DNA from: a virus
Lineage: Duplodnaviria; Caudoviricetes
DNA length: 59,513 bases
Direction: 5' to 3' (one strand)
Virus record (IMG/VR): IMGVR_UViG_3300027851_000002
Span: 1-59,513 of that record
This document shows positions 47,809 to 56,396 of this stretch, piece by piece. The notes under the pieces were generated by a model that made no database searches, was not told where the DNA came from, and worked only from the letters and a program-made list of their open reading frames with translations. The stretch's first letter is position 1. Each line of letters opens with the position of its first letter. The position numbers were made by a program, and so were the translations under genes.

Positions 47809-48329
47809 CAACAAAACATCACAACTCACTCGATGGCGTTTACTCAAGGGCGGCATACTCTGCCTGTGAAACGTATAGGTATTGTCTTGAGCGTAAGTGG
47901 GGGGAAGAAAAAAGCCTTTGCTTCATAATGCTCAACCCATCAACAGCAACAGAGCAGCAAAATGACCCCACGGTGGAGAGGTGTGAGCGGCGGGCGCGGG
48001 CGGGCGGTTACGGCAGTCTGATCGTGCTGAACATTTTCGCGTACCGAGCCACTGACCCAAGAGACATGAAGGCAGTTTTTGACCCCATTGGCAAAGAAAA
48101 CAATAAATTTATAGAATTAACCCTCATGCTGAGCAGATCGGAAAGCACGGACATTGTTTGTGGCTGGGGAACGCATGGCTCTTTCATGGACAGAGAGAAG
48201 CAGGTTTTTGAAATGTTCAGAAAGTACCGTGTTGTTCCCAAGGCTCTTGACTGGACAAAGCATGGGCATCCCAAGCACCCGCTGTATGTGCCGTACAAAA
48301 ACCAACCGCACGAGAAGCCATATGCGTAA
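47805..48329 (+). CDS. DUF1643 family protein
   Basis: 'YRY.L.R.W', 'FIMLNPSTA', 'DPT', 'N.FA.RATDP', 'GHPKHPLY'. Confidence 0.85.
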   Translation: MTTKHHNSLDGVYSRAAYSACETYRYCLERKWGEEKSLCFIMLNPSTATEQQNDPTVERCERRARAGGYGSLIVLNIFAYRATDPRDMKAVFDPIGKENNKFIELTLMLSRSESTDIVCGWGTHGSFMDREKQVFEMFRKYRVVPKALDWTKHGHPKHPLYVPYKNQPHEKPYA

Positions 48330-49038
48330 GGAAGTCATTGGAAACTGTGATCTGTATCTGGGCGACATGCGGGAAATATTGCCCAGCCTTGGAGAGTGCG
48401 CCGATCTGGCCTGCTTCGACCCGCCATACCAGCTCGAGTCCGGTGGGAATACCACAGGAGAGATGGGCGGAAAGTTTTCTAAGGACAGATACGACAACAG
48501 CGGTTCTATTGTTGATACAGACATAGACTGGCCGGACTTCATGCCGCTGGTGTATCAGAGCCTGCGCGGTGATGCCCATGCTTATGTGATGGCGAATAAC
48601 CGGCATGTCCAAAACATGCTTTTCAGTGCCGAGGAATCGGGGTTTCGTTTTCACAACCTTTTGGTATGGGATAAAAGCACGGCCACTCCAAACAGGTGGT
48701 ACATGAAAAACTGCGAGTTCACCGGATTTTTCTTTAAGGGAAAGGCAAAATACGTAAACGATTGCGGTGCCAGACAGCTTATCCATGTCCCACAGGAGTC
48801 CTATGGAGACCATCCAACCACAAAGCCAGTTATGCTGATGCGGCATTATGTCGAGCAGTCCACGAAAAGGGGGGAAACAGTTTTAGACCCGTTCATGGGC
48901 TCATGTGCAACGGGAGCTGCATGTATTCAGTCTGGCCGAAGGTTCATAGGAATCGAGATCGACCCTGAATACTTTGACCTTTCCTGTAAGAGAATAGAGG
49001 CCGAAACGAAACGTATAGAACAGATGTCATTGCTGTAA
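48322..49038 (+). CDS. DNA N4-C/N6-A methyltransferase (beta class)
   Basis: 'DPPY', 'HPTTKP', 'VLDPFMGS', 'FIGIEID'. Confidence 0.9.
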   Translation: MRKEVIGNCDLYLGDMREILPSLGECADLACFDPPYQLESGGNTTGEMGGKFSKDRYDNSGSIVDTDIDWPDFMPLVYQSLRGDAHAYVMANNRHVQNMLFSAEESGFRFHNLLVWDKSTATPNRWYMKNCEFTGFFFKGKAKYVNDCGARQLIHVPQESYGDHPTTKPVMLMRHYVEQSTKRGETVLDPFMGSCATGAACIQSGRRFIGIEIDPEYFDLSCKRIEAETKRIEQMSLL

Positions 49039-49045
49039 TTTTACT

Positions 49046-49065
49046 ATTGACTAATATAAATCAAT
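49046..49065. promoter_or_regulatory. 20-bp operator/-35 element, copy 4
   Basis: ATTGACTAATATAAATCAAT followed by TATAAG; heads the right accessory operon. Confidence 0.6.
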
Positions 49066-49096
49066 GCGTATAAGATGAAGAAGAAGGAAATGCACT

Positions 49097-49270
49097 ATGT
49101 CAGATAAGTCAGTCAAAATAACCGTATCTGTTTCAACAGATAACGGAGACATAAAAATTATCGAGCATTGTGTTCCAGAGAACAGTGTCGAGATGTTTCT
49201 GATCTCGACAAGAAACGAGGCCGTTGCCAAGGCGCTTGTCGCGCTCGGATGGATGCCGCCAAAGGAGTAA
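49097..49270 (+). CDS. Small hypothetical protein (57 aa)
   Basis: AAGGA RBS; ends 'ALVALGWMPPKE'. Confidence 0.6.
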   Translation: MSDKSVKITVSVSTDNGDIKIIEHCVPENSVEMFLISTRNEAVAKALVALGWMPPKE

Positions 49271-49273
49271 GAT

Positions 49274-49687
49274 ATGAAACAGACATTTTTTGGAAAACTA
49301 TCAGTGATTCACTGCGCCAACTGTGGAATCGCTTTTGGTATCACCACAGACTTTGAAGAACGCCGCCGCGCCGATCACAAAGACTTTATGTGCCCTAATG
49401 GCCACTCCAATTTTTACAACGGCGAAAGCGAAGAAGAAAAGCTGCGCCGTGAAAACCAGCGCCTTACTCAGAACAGAGCCTATCTGGAAGATCAAATCCG
49501 TAACAGAGAACAACAGGCAGAGTATGAGCGTAACCGCGCAAAGGCTTTCAAGGGTCATTTGACCAGAACGAAAAAGCGCGTTTCTGCCGGTGTGTGCCCG
49601 TGCTGTAACCGGACGTTCAAAGACCTTGCCCGGCACATGGAAACGAAGCACCAAGGATATGCTGAAAAGGAATCCTGCAATGGATAG
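49274..49687 (+). CDS. Zn-binding coiled-coil protein
   Basis: 'C.NCG', 'F.CPNGH', 'CPCCNRTF..L.RHM..KH'. Confidence 0.75.
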   Translation: MKQTFFGKLSVIHCANCGIAFGITTDFEERRRADHKDFMCPNGHSNFYNGESEEEKLRRENQRLTQNRAYLEDQIRNREQQAEYERNRAKAFKGHLTRTKKRVSAGVCPCCNRTFKDLARHMETKHQGYAEKESCNG

Positions 49688-49844
49688 GTATGTTGTTTAT
49701 GAGTTCAATGCAGGATTTGCCCCCATTCAAGTTGAGAGCTTTCCTTCCGAAATTTCTGCGGCCAAGATGGTAAGCAATAATAAAAAGAAATGGTTCGCAG
49801 TTGACTTGGAAACGGGTAAGGGAATAACGCCGTTTAGAACTTGA
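49680..49844 (+). CDS. Hypothetical protein
   Basis: AAGGA RBS, overlapping start. Confidence 0.5.
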   Translation: MDRYVVYEFNAGFAPIQVESFPSEISAAKMVSNNKKKWFAVDLETGKGITPFRT

Positions 49845-49856
49845 AAGGGTACTTAG

Positions 49857-50054
49857 ATGTTTATTGTAATTCCGGCAAAAGAAACAACTCAGCAGGTCAG
49901 TATAAGGCTACAGATTGAAGCGATAAAGCAGGAGTATGAAAAGCGTATCGAGCATCTTGCGAATCTTTATGCTGATTTACAGTATCCACCTTCATACATG
50001 GTTGAGGTAGGTAGGTTATATAATTTTGTAGGTGAAAAAAATGAAAAAAAGTAA
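49857..50054 (+). CDS. Hypothetical protein
   Basis: ORF in operon. Confidence 0.5.
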   Translation: MFIVIPAKETTQQVSIRLQIEAIKQEYEKRIEHLANLYADLQYPPSYMVEVGRLYNFVGEKNEKK

Positions 50055-50165
50055 GCGCATAAAAAACAGACCGCTCCGCATGCTGGCGTTTTTTATTCTT
50101 TCGCCGTACTTCATCTGTCAAACAGTTGATGTTTCGATCTGCTTTGAAGAATTTAAGGAGCTGTT

Positions 50166-50507
50166 TTGGCGGGCATGGGAAAAGTGACCTGTAAAAGATG
50201 GGAAACCCGCCGCAAGAAATACGGCAATGCCGGACACGGCGGCATATACGCCCGCACCGGCTCAGGTCATTTATACGAGCCCATGAGGCGCGTACAGAGG
50301 ATGGAGAAAGCCCTTTTCGAGCTTCATGTTGACGGTGTGCTTTCAGAGGGGCAGATAGCCGAGATAACGGGATACAAAAGAGTCGAGTGCCGCCGCAGAG
50401 CGGATGAAATAATTCAGGAAAGAGAAGCCAATGAAATTAGCAGAAGCATTAGAGATACTGGCAACGGAGAAGATCGACCTGACACCACGCCAGAAGTCGG
50501 CGGTTGA
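50166..50507 (+). CDS. Hypothetical protein with HTH-like C-terminus
   Basis: AAGGAG RBS; 'LSEGQIAEITG..RV..R'. Confidence 0.6.
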   Translation: MAGMGKVTCKRWETRRKKYGNAGHGGIYARTGSGHLYEPMRRVQRMEKALFELHVDGVLSEGQIAEITGYKRVECRRRADEIIQEREANEISRSIRDTGNGEDRPDTTPEVGG

Positions 50508-50856
50508 GCGCGTTGTAAAATGTTGTAGTAAACAACAATACTCTGCTTGTGATGGATCTTTAACAGATGAACAGATAAATGATTTATTCAGTAAAAATAC
50601 AGGTGGAAGTATAGTTCAGGTTCGTCAAAGACCACCAATCGTTTTTGATAAAGAAGGCCATGTTGTTCGTCAGGAAAACATAACGGAGGATTCCTTCGAT
50701 GAGTGGATGTCTGAACGCTGGAACGAATACGCCCGCGCCGGTCTGGACGATGAAAGCTCACCAAACTACGACCCGCACAAAGCAATCGAAGAATTTATCT
50801 CTGACTTTCAGGATAGGTTTCCTCATGGTGCCCGTATCATAAAGGGAAAAAAATAA
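50431..50856 (+). CDS. Hypothetical protein
   Basis: C-terminus 'FPHGARIIK' resembles 'YPNGLKIIK' of 37044..37451. Confidence 0.65.
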   Translation: MKLAEALEILATEKIDLTPRQKSAVERVVKCCSKQQYSACDGSLTDEQINDLFSKNTGGSIVQVRQRPPIVFDKEGHVVRQENITEDSFDEWMSERWNEYARAGLDDESSPNYDPHKAIEEFISDFQDRFPHGARIIKGKK

Positions 50857-51215
50857 TGAAATACTTCTTATATTCACCAGAAGAAACCCTTTGGTTCGAC
50901 AATGATACAGAGTGGAAAAATGCAGTAGATTCCTATGACTTCCTTGGAAATCATTGTGATGATGGCTGGGATTGTGATGTTGAAGATGTCATGGCTGGTA
51001 AGGCTCCAAATGAATTTGTTCTTGACAGAGAACAATGCCACTACGACCAGCTTTTGCCATACGCAACTTTGAAATCAAAGATGTGCGATTTAGCTAAAAG
51101 GCCACCAGATAGCGAACTGGATGAAGAAGGGCAAGATTCCGAAGGTCGGTACTGGGGTGAGTATGATTATTACTGCAATTACTTTTTTGTAGATTGTGAA
51201 GGACAAGAAAAATGA
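50856..51215 (+). CDS. Acidic hypothetical protein
   Basis: TAATG coupling; 'DGW..DVE.V..G'. Confidence 0.65.
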   Translation: MKYFLYSPEETLWFDNDTEWKNAVDSYDFLGNHCDDGWDCDVEDVMAGKAPNEFVLDREQCHYDQLLPYATLKSKMCDLAKRPPDSELDEEGQDSEGRYWGEYDYYCNYFFVDCEGQEK

Positions 51216-51742
51216 CCACCAAACCAGACCAGTGCCGAGAGGCTTTTGAACAGAGATACCCCTACGCCGCCTTTAGAGATGGCGAAGGCTATCAGGACAT
51301 ACGCATTAACGGACATGTTGTAAAGTACTTGTGGGAAGGCTGGCAATCCGCATGGAACGCCGCCACGGTGCAGCCAACGGACGCGCCGAAACAGGAGGCT
51401 TACTATTTCGGTTATGATACAGGTGGCAAAGACATTTCTGCGCTCTGTGTACGTCAAGGGGATAGGGTTGTCGGAATTGTTCACGGGGAGCTTGCCGATG
51501 CAATCAAAGCCGCCCTGCAATCCCCCGCCGTGCCGAGTTGGCAGCCGATTGAGACTGCGCCGAATGATGGCACAATCTTACTGACCTATGATTCCATTAG
51601 GGAAGAAACGCATATTGCATACCTTAGCTATGGGTGCTGGAATATCGTAGGTGCGGAGGATATAGAATACAGACCCACCTACTGGATGCCACTTCCGCAA
51701 CCACCAGAAGCCCTCGCCCTGCTCGGCGGGAAGGAGGAGTGA
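51212..51742 (+). CDS. Mosaic protein B with DUF551-like cassette
   Basis: Shared boxes with 35568..36608; 'WQPIETAP.DGT...PTYWMPLP.PP'. Confidence 0.8.
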   Translation: MTTKPDQCREAFEQRYPYAAFRDGEGYQDIRINGHVVKYLWEGWQSAWNAATVQPTDAPKQEAYYFGYDTGGKDISALCVRQGDRVVGIVHGELADAIKAALQSPAVPSWQPIETAPNDGTILLTYDSIREETHIAYLSYGCWNIVGAEDIEYRPTYWMPLPQPPEALALLGGKEE

Positions 51743-51743
51743 T

Positions 51744-51923
51744 ATGGCCTTACGATACGGATTTGACAGATCGACAGAAAAAGAACTGATAACCGCAAAG
51801 TCTCATTGGGAGCAGAGAGAAAAAGAGGTTCGCAAAGAGCTATACAGTATTCAAGACACGATACTGCACATAAAAAAAGAACAAGAAAAACGCTTTAGAA
51901 AACTGATGGAGCAAGAAAAATGA
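51744..51923 (+). CDS. Small coiled-coil protein (59 aa)
   Basis: AAGGAGG RBS inside the terminal box; ATGA-coupled to the next gene. Confidence 0.6.
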   Translation: MALRYGFDRSTEKELITAKSHWEQREKEVRKELYSIQDTILHIKKEQEKRFRKLMEQEK

Positions 51924-52357
51924 CCGACACAAAAACCGTGCGCGAAGCTTTCGCGCTTATTCGCAGAGACCTCCACTCAAAAGCCGCAAATAAGGTATTT
52001 GACGAAGCCCTCGCCGCTCTCGACCGCATCGAAGCGGGGTCGGATGATGAGGTGGCGTGGCTGATTGAAACTGGTGAAGAAACGCACATATTCTATGAGT
52101 TTCATAAGGCGCAGAATTTTGTGAAAAGAAATTACGAGGAATGTGGTGCAAAGATAACCCCTTTGTATAAACGCGCCGCAACCGCGCCGAACAAACTATG
52201 TAGTCTGGTGGATAAATTAAAATACGCCTACACAATGCCGAATACTTGCTTTGAAAAAGATGGCTACGTTTGCGCTCTTGTTTTTGAAAACTCAGAACAA
52301 GCAATCCGCGCTGCCGAAGTAATACGCCAAGCCACTGATATGGAACACAAGCCATGA
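51920..52357 (+). CDS. Mosaic protein D
   Basis: Shared boxes with 34428..35267. Confidence 0.75.
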   Translation: MTDTKTVREAFALIRRDLHSKAANKVFDEALAALDRIEAGSDDEVAWLIETGEETHIFYEFHKAQNFVKRNYEECGAKITPLYKRAATAPNKLCSLVDKLKYAYTMPNTCFEKDGYVCALVFENSEQAIRAAEVIRQATDMEHKP

Positions 52358-52595
52358 ATTGGTACTGTTACATCATTATCGCCGCACAGATCGCCGCCTT
52401 ATGCGTTGTTGTGTATATCGTGGCCTCTCTGATCTGCTTCATGTTTGAAGATATGGAGGGCTGACTTGCAACACCTGAAACATATCAAGGACTGTATAAA
52501 ATATGCCAAGTCCGGCATACCAACAAAGAAAGTTTTCACCAGCGTAGAAGCCCTTGAGTGGGCGGTTAAAGAGATCGAGAAAGGAACAAAGGATA

Positions 52596-52781
52596 ATGAA
52601 CGAGTGGAATGACCAACACAGACCGGCATATACGGCGGGCAAGCAGCTCAGAGAGTGCGCCTGCGGGATTCAGACATTCAGCGCAAAGGATGATTGCCCT
52701 AAGTGCGGCGATCAAATGCAGATCATGCCGGAGAAAAAATCTTCGGTTCAGAGAACAGTAGGGGGTAATAGAAATGGCTGA
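52596..52781 (+). CDS. Small Zn-ribbon protein
   Basis: AAGGA RBS; 'ECACG...CPKCG'. Confidence 0.55.
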   Translation: MNEWNDQHRPAYTAGKQLRECACGIQTFSAKDDCPKCGDQMQIMPEKKSSVQRTVGGNRNG

Positions 52782-52792
52782 GAACTCTGGAA

Positions 52793-53254
52793 TTGAGTGG
52801 TGCAATCGTGGCTTTTGGTGTTAATCCACGAACAGGGAAGCCCGGGCCATCCCCATCCCCTGCTCGTGATGGGGATAAAAAGCAAGCCCGCCAACGCATA
52901 AATGTTGAGGTCAAAACTGGTTATCGTCCACACCCGAACAGTCTGCCCTGCACGGACTGTGGGCATGTATGGTCAGAAGGCGAGCGCCGACATGAATATG
53001 ACCACTACAAGGGATATTCTGCCAAAAATCATGGAGATGTAGAGGCCGTATGCACGACATGTCATTCAAAGCGTGACAACCCAGAAGCAACCAAAACGCA
53101 TTGTAAGCATGGACATGAATTTACACCTGAAAATACGTTTATAAAATCAAATGGGTGTAGGTCTTGCCGTACATGCAGGCGCGGGTATGATAGGGGAAGA
53201 AGGGATGCGGAGTATTGGCGTGAGTACAGGAAGAAAATGAAAAAGTCGGTGTAA
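52793..53254 (+). CDS. HNH-type endonuclease with C-terminal Zn finger
   Basis: 'PC.DCG...HEYDH..Y....DVEAVC..CH' plus 'THCKHGHEFTPENT...CRTC'. Confidence 0.75.
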   Translation: MSGAIVAFGVNPRTGKPGPSPSPARDGDKKQARQRINVEVKTGYRPHPNSLPCTDCGHVWSEGERRHEYDHYKGYSAKNHGDVEAVCTTCHSKRDNPEATKTHCKHGHEFTPENTFIKSNGCRSCRTCRRGYDRGRRDAEYWREYRKKMKKSV

Positions 53255-53301
53255 TCCATGACGGATACCCTGTCGTAACATAACAAAGGAGATAAAGTCA
53301 C

Positions 53302-53640
53302 ATGAGTGAAGCTGAAAAAATGATCGAGGCCGAAGAAAACCGCGTTGCCGAAGAAAAGGCGCAAAAGCCAGAGTTGCCGGGCATCGGACATAACGAAGAA
53401 ACCGGTCAGGTCTCAGGCCAGCGTCTGAAATCTTTCATCGAGCGTGTTGAACGCATGGAGGAAGAAAAAAAGGTTCTGTCCGAGGACATCAAGGATATTT
53501 ACAGCGAGGCCAAGGCGACCGGCTTCGAGCCGAAGATTATCCGAAAGATCGTGTCGCTGCGTAAAACTAACCTTGAAAAGCGCCGTGAGGAGTCCGAACT
53601 TTTGGATCTTTACATGTCTGCCATTGGTATGGCAGAGTAA
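53302..53640 (+). CDS. gapR: GapR/DUF2312 nucleoid-associated protein homologue
   Basis: 'LKSFIERVERMEEEKK....DIKDIY.EAK..GF..KI.RKIV.LRK....EE..LLDLY..A.GM'. Confidence 0.88.
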   Translation: MSEAEKMIEAEENRVAEEKAQKPELPGIGHNEETGQVSGQRLKSFIERVERMEEEKKVLSEDIKDIYSEAKATGFEPKIIRKIVSLRKTNLEKRREESELLDLYMSAIGMAE

Positions 53641-53693
53641 AATACAATTTACTTTCTGGAAGGGTGTTTTGTGCATTTCGCCCCGTGAAGAAA

Positions 53694-53734
53694 GAACGGC
53701 CAGACGTTGCAGTTCGTCTGGCCGTTTCTATTTT
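53694..53734 (+). terminator. Intrinsic terminator between convergent operons
   Basis: AACGGCCAGACG...CGTCTGGCCGTT plus T-rich tail. Confidence 0.75.
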
Positions 53735-53911
53735 CCTAAGCTGACAGGACGTTTATTGCTTCGGTCTTGCTTTTCGGAAAAACGATATACCCCTTGTTAT
53801 ATTTCATCTGGGATATAATCCGCTGGTACAAGGCTATCTTTTCATCGTCTGATATGAAATCCATCTTACAGATCATTGCCTTGATGTCTTTTCGCGTCAT
53901 ATACTAATCTC

Positions 53912-54595
53912 CTAAAGGTTTTCGATCATGTTTTTGACGCTTTGTGCCTGATAGACCCGATCAGTGACTTCGGCTGCACCGGTTTTCTTGTTCTTCTCGA
54001 TCACACGGAACCCGGCTTTTGATAGCTCCTCACCAATTGTCCGGTATGCCATCCCATCGGATCTGAGCTTTTTGGCCAGATCAATGGCCTCCTGCGGCGG
54101 CGGGATTCTTCCCTCGGCTCGTTCCCCTTTTTCACGTTTGCGGGCGCGGGCATCGGACATTTTCTTGACCAATGACTTTTTCTCATACATCGAAACGGCG
54201 GCAACAATGATACGCAGCATTTCTGCGGTCGGGCTGTCCTCCAAAAAGTGCATAGGGGCATCAACAGGGATAAGGCTCAGACCGGATTCCTTGAGCTGGT
54301 CGTGCCCGATGAGCTGAACCAGAACTTCACGGGAGAATCTGTTTGCGGTCTCGACCAGAACGGTATCGATGCCGTGCTTCATACAGAAATTGAAAAGCTT
54401 GCTAAATTCAGGCCTGTCCATGACTGGCATGGTGCCGGATACGTTGCCATCATAGAACTCGGCCACAAGCTCTATCTTTTCCAGAAGGCAGAACTTTTTG
54501 ACCGCTTCTTTTTGGCGCGGCAGTGTATCTTTGTCCTCGCCAACACCGGATGCGGATGAGGTTCTGTAGTAAGCCACGGCGCGTTTTTTTTCCAT
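53912..54595 (-). CDS. Small serine recombinase (resolvase/invertase family)
   Basis: 'AVAYYRTSS' catalytic Ser, 'D..VSG....RP.F', 'RFSR', C-terminal HTH. Confidence 0.9.
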   Translation of the reverse strand: MEKKRAVAYYRTSSASGVGEDKDTLPRQKEAVKKFCLLEKIELVAEFYDGNVSGTMPVMDRPEFSKLFNFCMKHGIDTVLVETANRFSREVLVQLIGHDQLKESGLSLIPVDAPMHFLEDSPTAEMLRIIVAAVSMYEKKSLVKKMSDARARKREKGERAEGRIPPPQEAIDLAKKLRSDGMAYRTIGEELSKAGFRVIEKNKKTGAAEVTDRVYQAQSVKNMIENL

Positions 54596-54627
54596 GTCGT
54601 AAATCCCTTGTTTTGAGCCATTTTTCC

Positions 54628-54727
54628 TGTCAACTATAAAGCACTGGTTGACAAAACACCATCTTAGTTTACATCAATAAATCAATGACTTACTTTTTTG
54701 ACAAGGTTTTGAAAAGGCTCTGTCAAA
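54628..54727. promoter_or_regulatory. res-like recombinase binding sites
   Basis: Inverted pairs TGTCAAC-12-GTTGACA (54628-54653) and TTTGACA-17-TGTCAAA (54697-54727) upstream of the recombinase. Confidence 0.5.
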
Positions 54728-54813
54728 GATCGCCCAATAGTTTACAAGACCGTTTTTGAGCCCTTTTTTACGATAAAGACTAATAAAATCAATAGATTAA
54801 CATAGGTTTTGCC

Positions 54814-54851
54814 AAAAAAGCATAGGCCACCCCGAAATGGGATGGCCTATG
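54814..54851 (-). terminator. Intrinsic terminator of the leftward operon
   Basis: CATAGGCCA...TGGCCTATG hairpin followed by a U-run on the minus strand. Confidence 0.7.
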
Positions 54852-54891
54852 GACGTTTTCAGGGGGTTTTTCTGGCCAGATCAGATCAACA

Positions 54892-55365
54892 TCACTTGTC
54901 CTGAACTGGTGTTATCTGGAAATATCCGCTGTTCTCCGACACCGATGCATCGACCGCGCTACCGATCATGCCAAACAGCATGTCCCGCCCCAGAGCGGCA
55001 CCACGTGGAGATACCATAAATCGGTATGTCTTGCCGCGCTCCGTTTCCACCGTGATGGTGTAACGTCCGAACCCGGTCGGTGTTGATACGGTCAGGATGG
55101 TCTGACCGGCAGGGATGTCGGCCACGGCTTCGCCGCCCAGCCCAAGACTGGCGATCTCTTGCCCGTTGATCTCGACATCGGCGGCTGCGGCTGCATACAA
55201 AACGGATGAGTTCCGTTCCACGATAATCCGGGCGCTGGCCTTTTCAACCGGCTTGGCCAGATCGGCCTCGGTCAGCTTGCCGGTGGTTCCGCAGCCGGAA
55301 AGGGTTGCGGTTAAAGCGATAGCGGCCATAAATACGGTTAATTTTTTAAATGTCTTGTTTTTCAT
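54892..55365 (-). CDS. Lipoprotein (DUF2846-like)
   Basis: Signal peptide with LSGC lipobox; 'V.R......A....V.ING..IA.L..G'. Confidence 0.75.
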   Translation of the reverse strand: MKNKTFKKLTVFMAAIALTATLSGCGTTGKLTEADLAKPVEKASARIIVERNSSVLYAAAAADVEINGQEIASLGLGGEAVADIPAGQTILTVSTPTGFGRYTITVETERGKTYRFMVSPRGAALGRDMLFGMIGSAVDASVSENSGYFQITPVQDK

Positions 55366-55371
55366 GGTGTT

Positions 55372-55761
55372 TTATTTTCCTTCTTGGATTTTGTGGATGA
55401 TTGCAAGGACTTCCCGCGCCTCGTCTGCGGATCTGATCTCGGCGGTGTGGTAAAGCCTCTGCCCGCCCATACGCTCCGAGATAATTCGATAGATTTCCTT
55501 CCGGCCATAGTCTCCGTTGCGCCATAGCGGATCCAGAGTGGCATGGATTTTCTTTCTCAGCTCTCTGATCTCCGCTGTCGGTATGCAGCCCAGAGGCTTG
55601 GTCGGCTTGCTGGTTTTGTGGTGGCACCCGACAAAGTTGCCACATTTATCATGCTTCCAAAACGGCAGGCCGGATAGATCGGCGCGGTGGGGATATATCT
55701 CCCGACCGCTGGTCAGGCGGCAGTCAACTTCCTCGGCACATGCACAGCAATAGATTTTCAT
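55372..55761 (-). CDS. DUF3268-type zinc-finger protein
   Basis: 'L.SG.EIYPHR.DL....FW...C...VGCH....PLG....E.R..R..IH..LDPLW'. Confidence 0.8.
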   Translation of the reverse strand: MKIYCCACAEEVDCRLTSGREIYPHRADLSGLPFWKHDKCGNFVGCHHKTSKPTKPLGCIPTAEIRELRKKIHATLDPLWRNGDYGRKEIYRIISERMGGQRLYHTAEIRSADEAREVLAIIHKIQEGK

Positions 55762-56042
55762 GTCTTTTTCCCATCTGGATAAAGCTCTATCCAAAATTGA
55801 TTGTGTTCTTTGAAATTTTCAAAGTCGTATATATCCACATCGTTAATTATGTGGCAGTTACTTTTGAGAGACTTAGCAAAGTTTTCAGCCTCACCGATAC
55901 TGTTATAGATGTAATCTTGTTTCATCGTATCGAAAGAACGCCAAGACACCCTAAACATTAGGCGTGTGCCTCTTGTCCATTCAGTCAGATTAACGGAGAA
56001 GTTTGATACATACGGATGGTCTGCGTCCAAAATTATCATCAT
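55758..56042 (-). CDS. Hypothetical protein
   Basis: AAGGA RBS; ATGA coupling. Confidence 0.55.
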   Translation of the reverse strand: MMIILDADHPYVSNFSVNLTEWTRGTRLMFRVSWRSFDTMKQDYIYNSIGEAENFAKSLKSNCHIINDVDIYDFENFKEHNQFWIELYPDGKKT

Positions 56043-56396
56043 TGGTTTTATTCCTTACGGTTTTACAAAGCCGATTTCGTCCCAGCCGTTGTTCCGGATA
56101 CGTACCCGCATACCTGTGGTGAGACACTCAAGCAGTGTTGTTGATACGTTTTGATCGAGGAGCTTATAGACAAGCCCTTTTGCGTCTTTGACTGTTACCA
56201 TTTCTGTTTGTCCTTTCTTTCTTTGTGACTGTTATCGTTTTCTTCCATCTCTTGTATTATTTCATCAAGTACATCCATCCATCGACCTTTTATCAGCTTG
56301 CATGGTCTTATCCATGCCTTCACACGGACGCGTGGTTTAGGTATGAATTTGAATATCAGCCATGAAAAAATTTTGCGCATAGGCAGTTTTCCTTTA

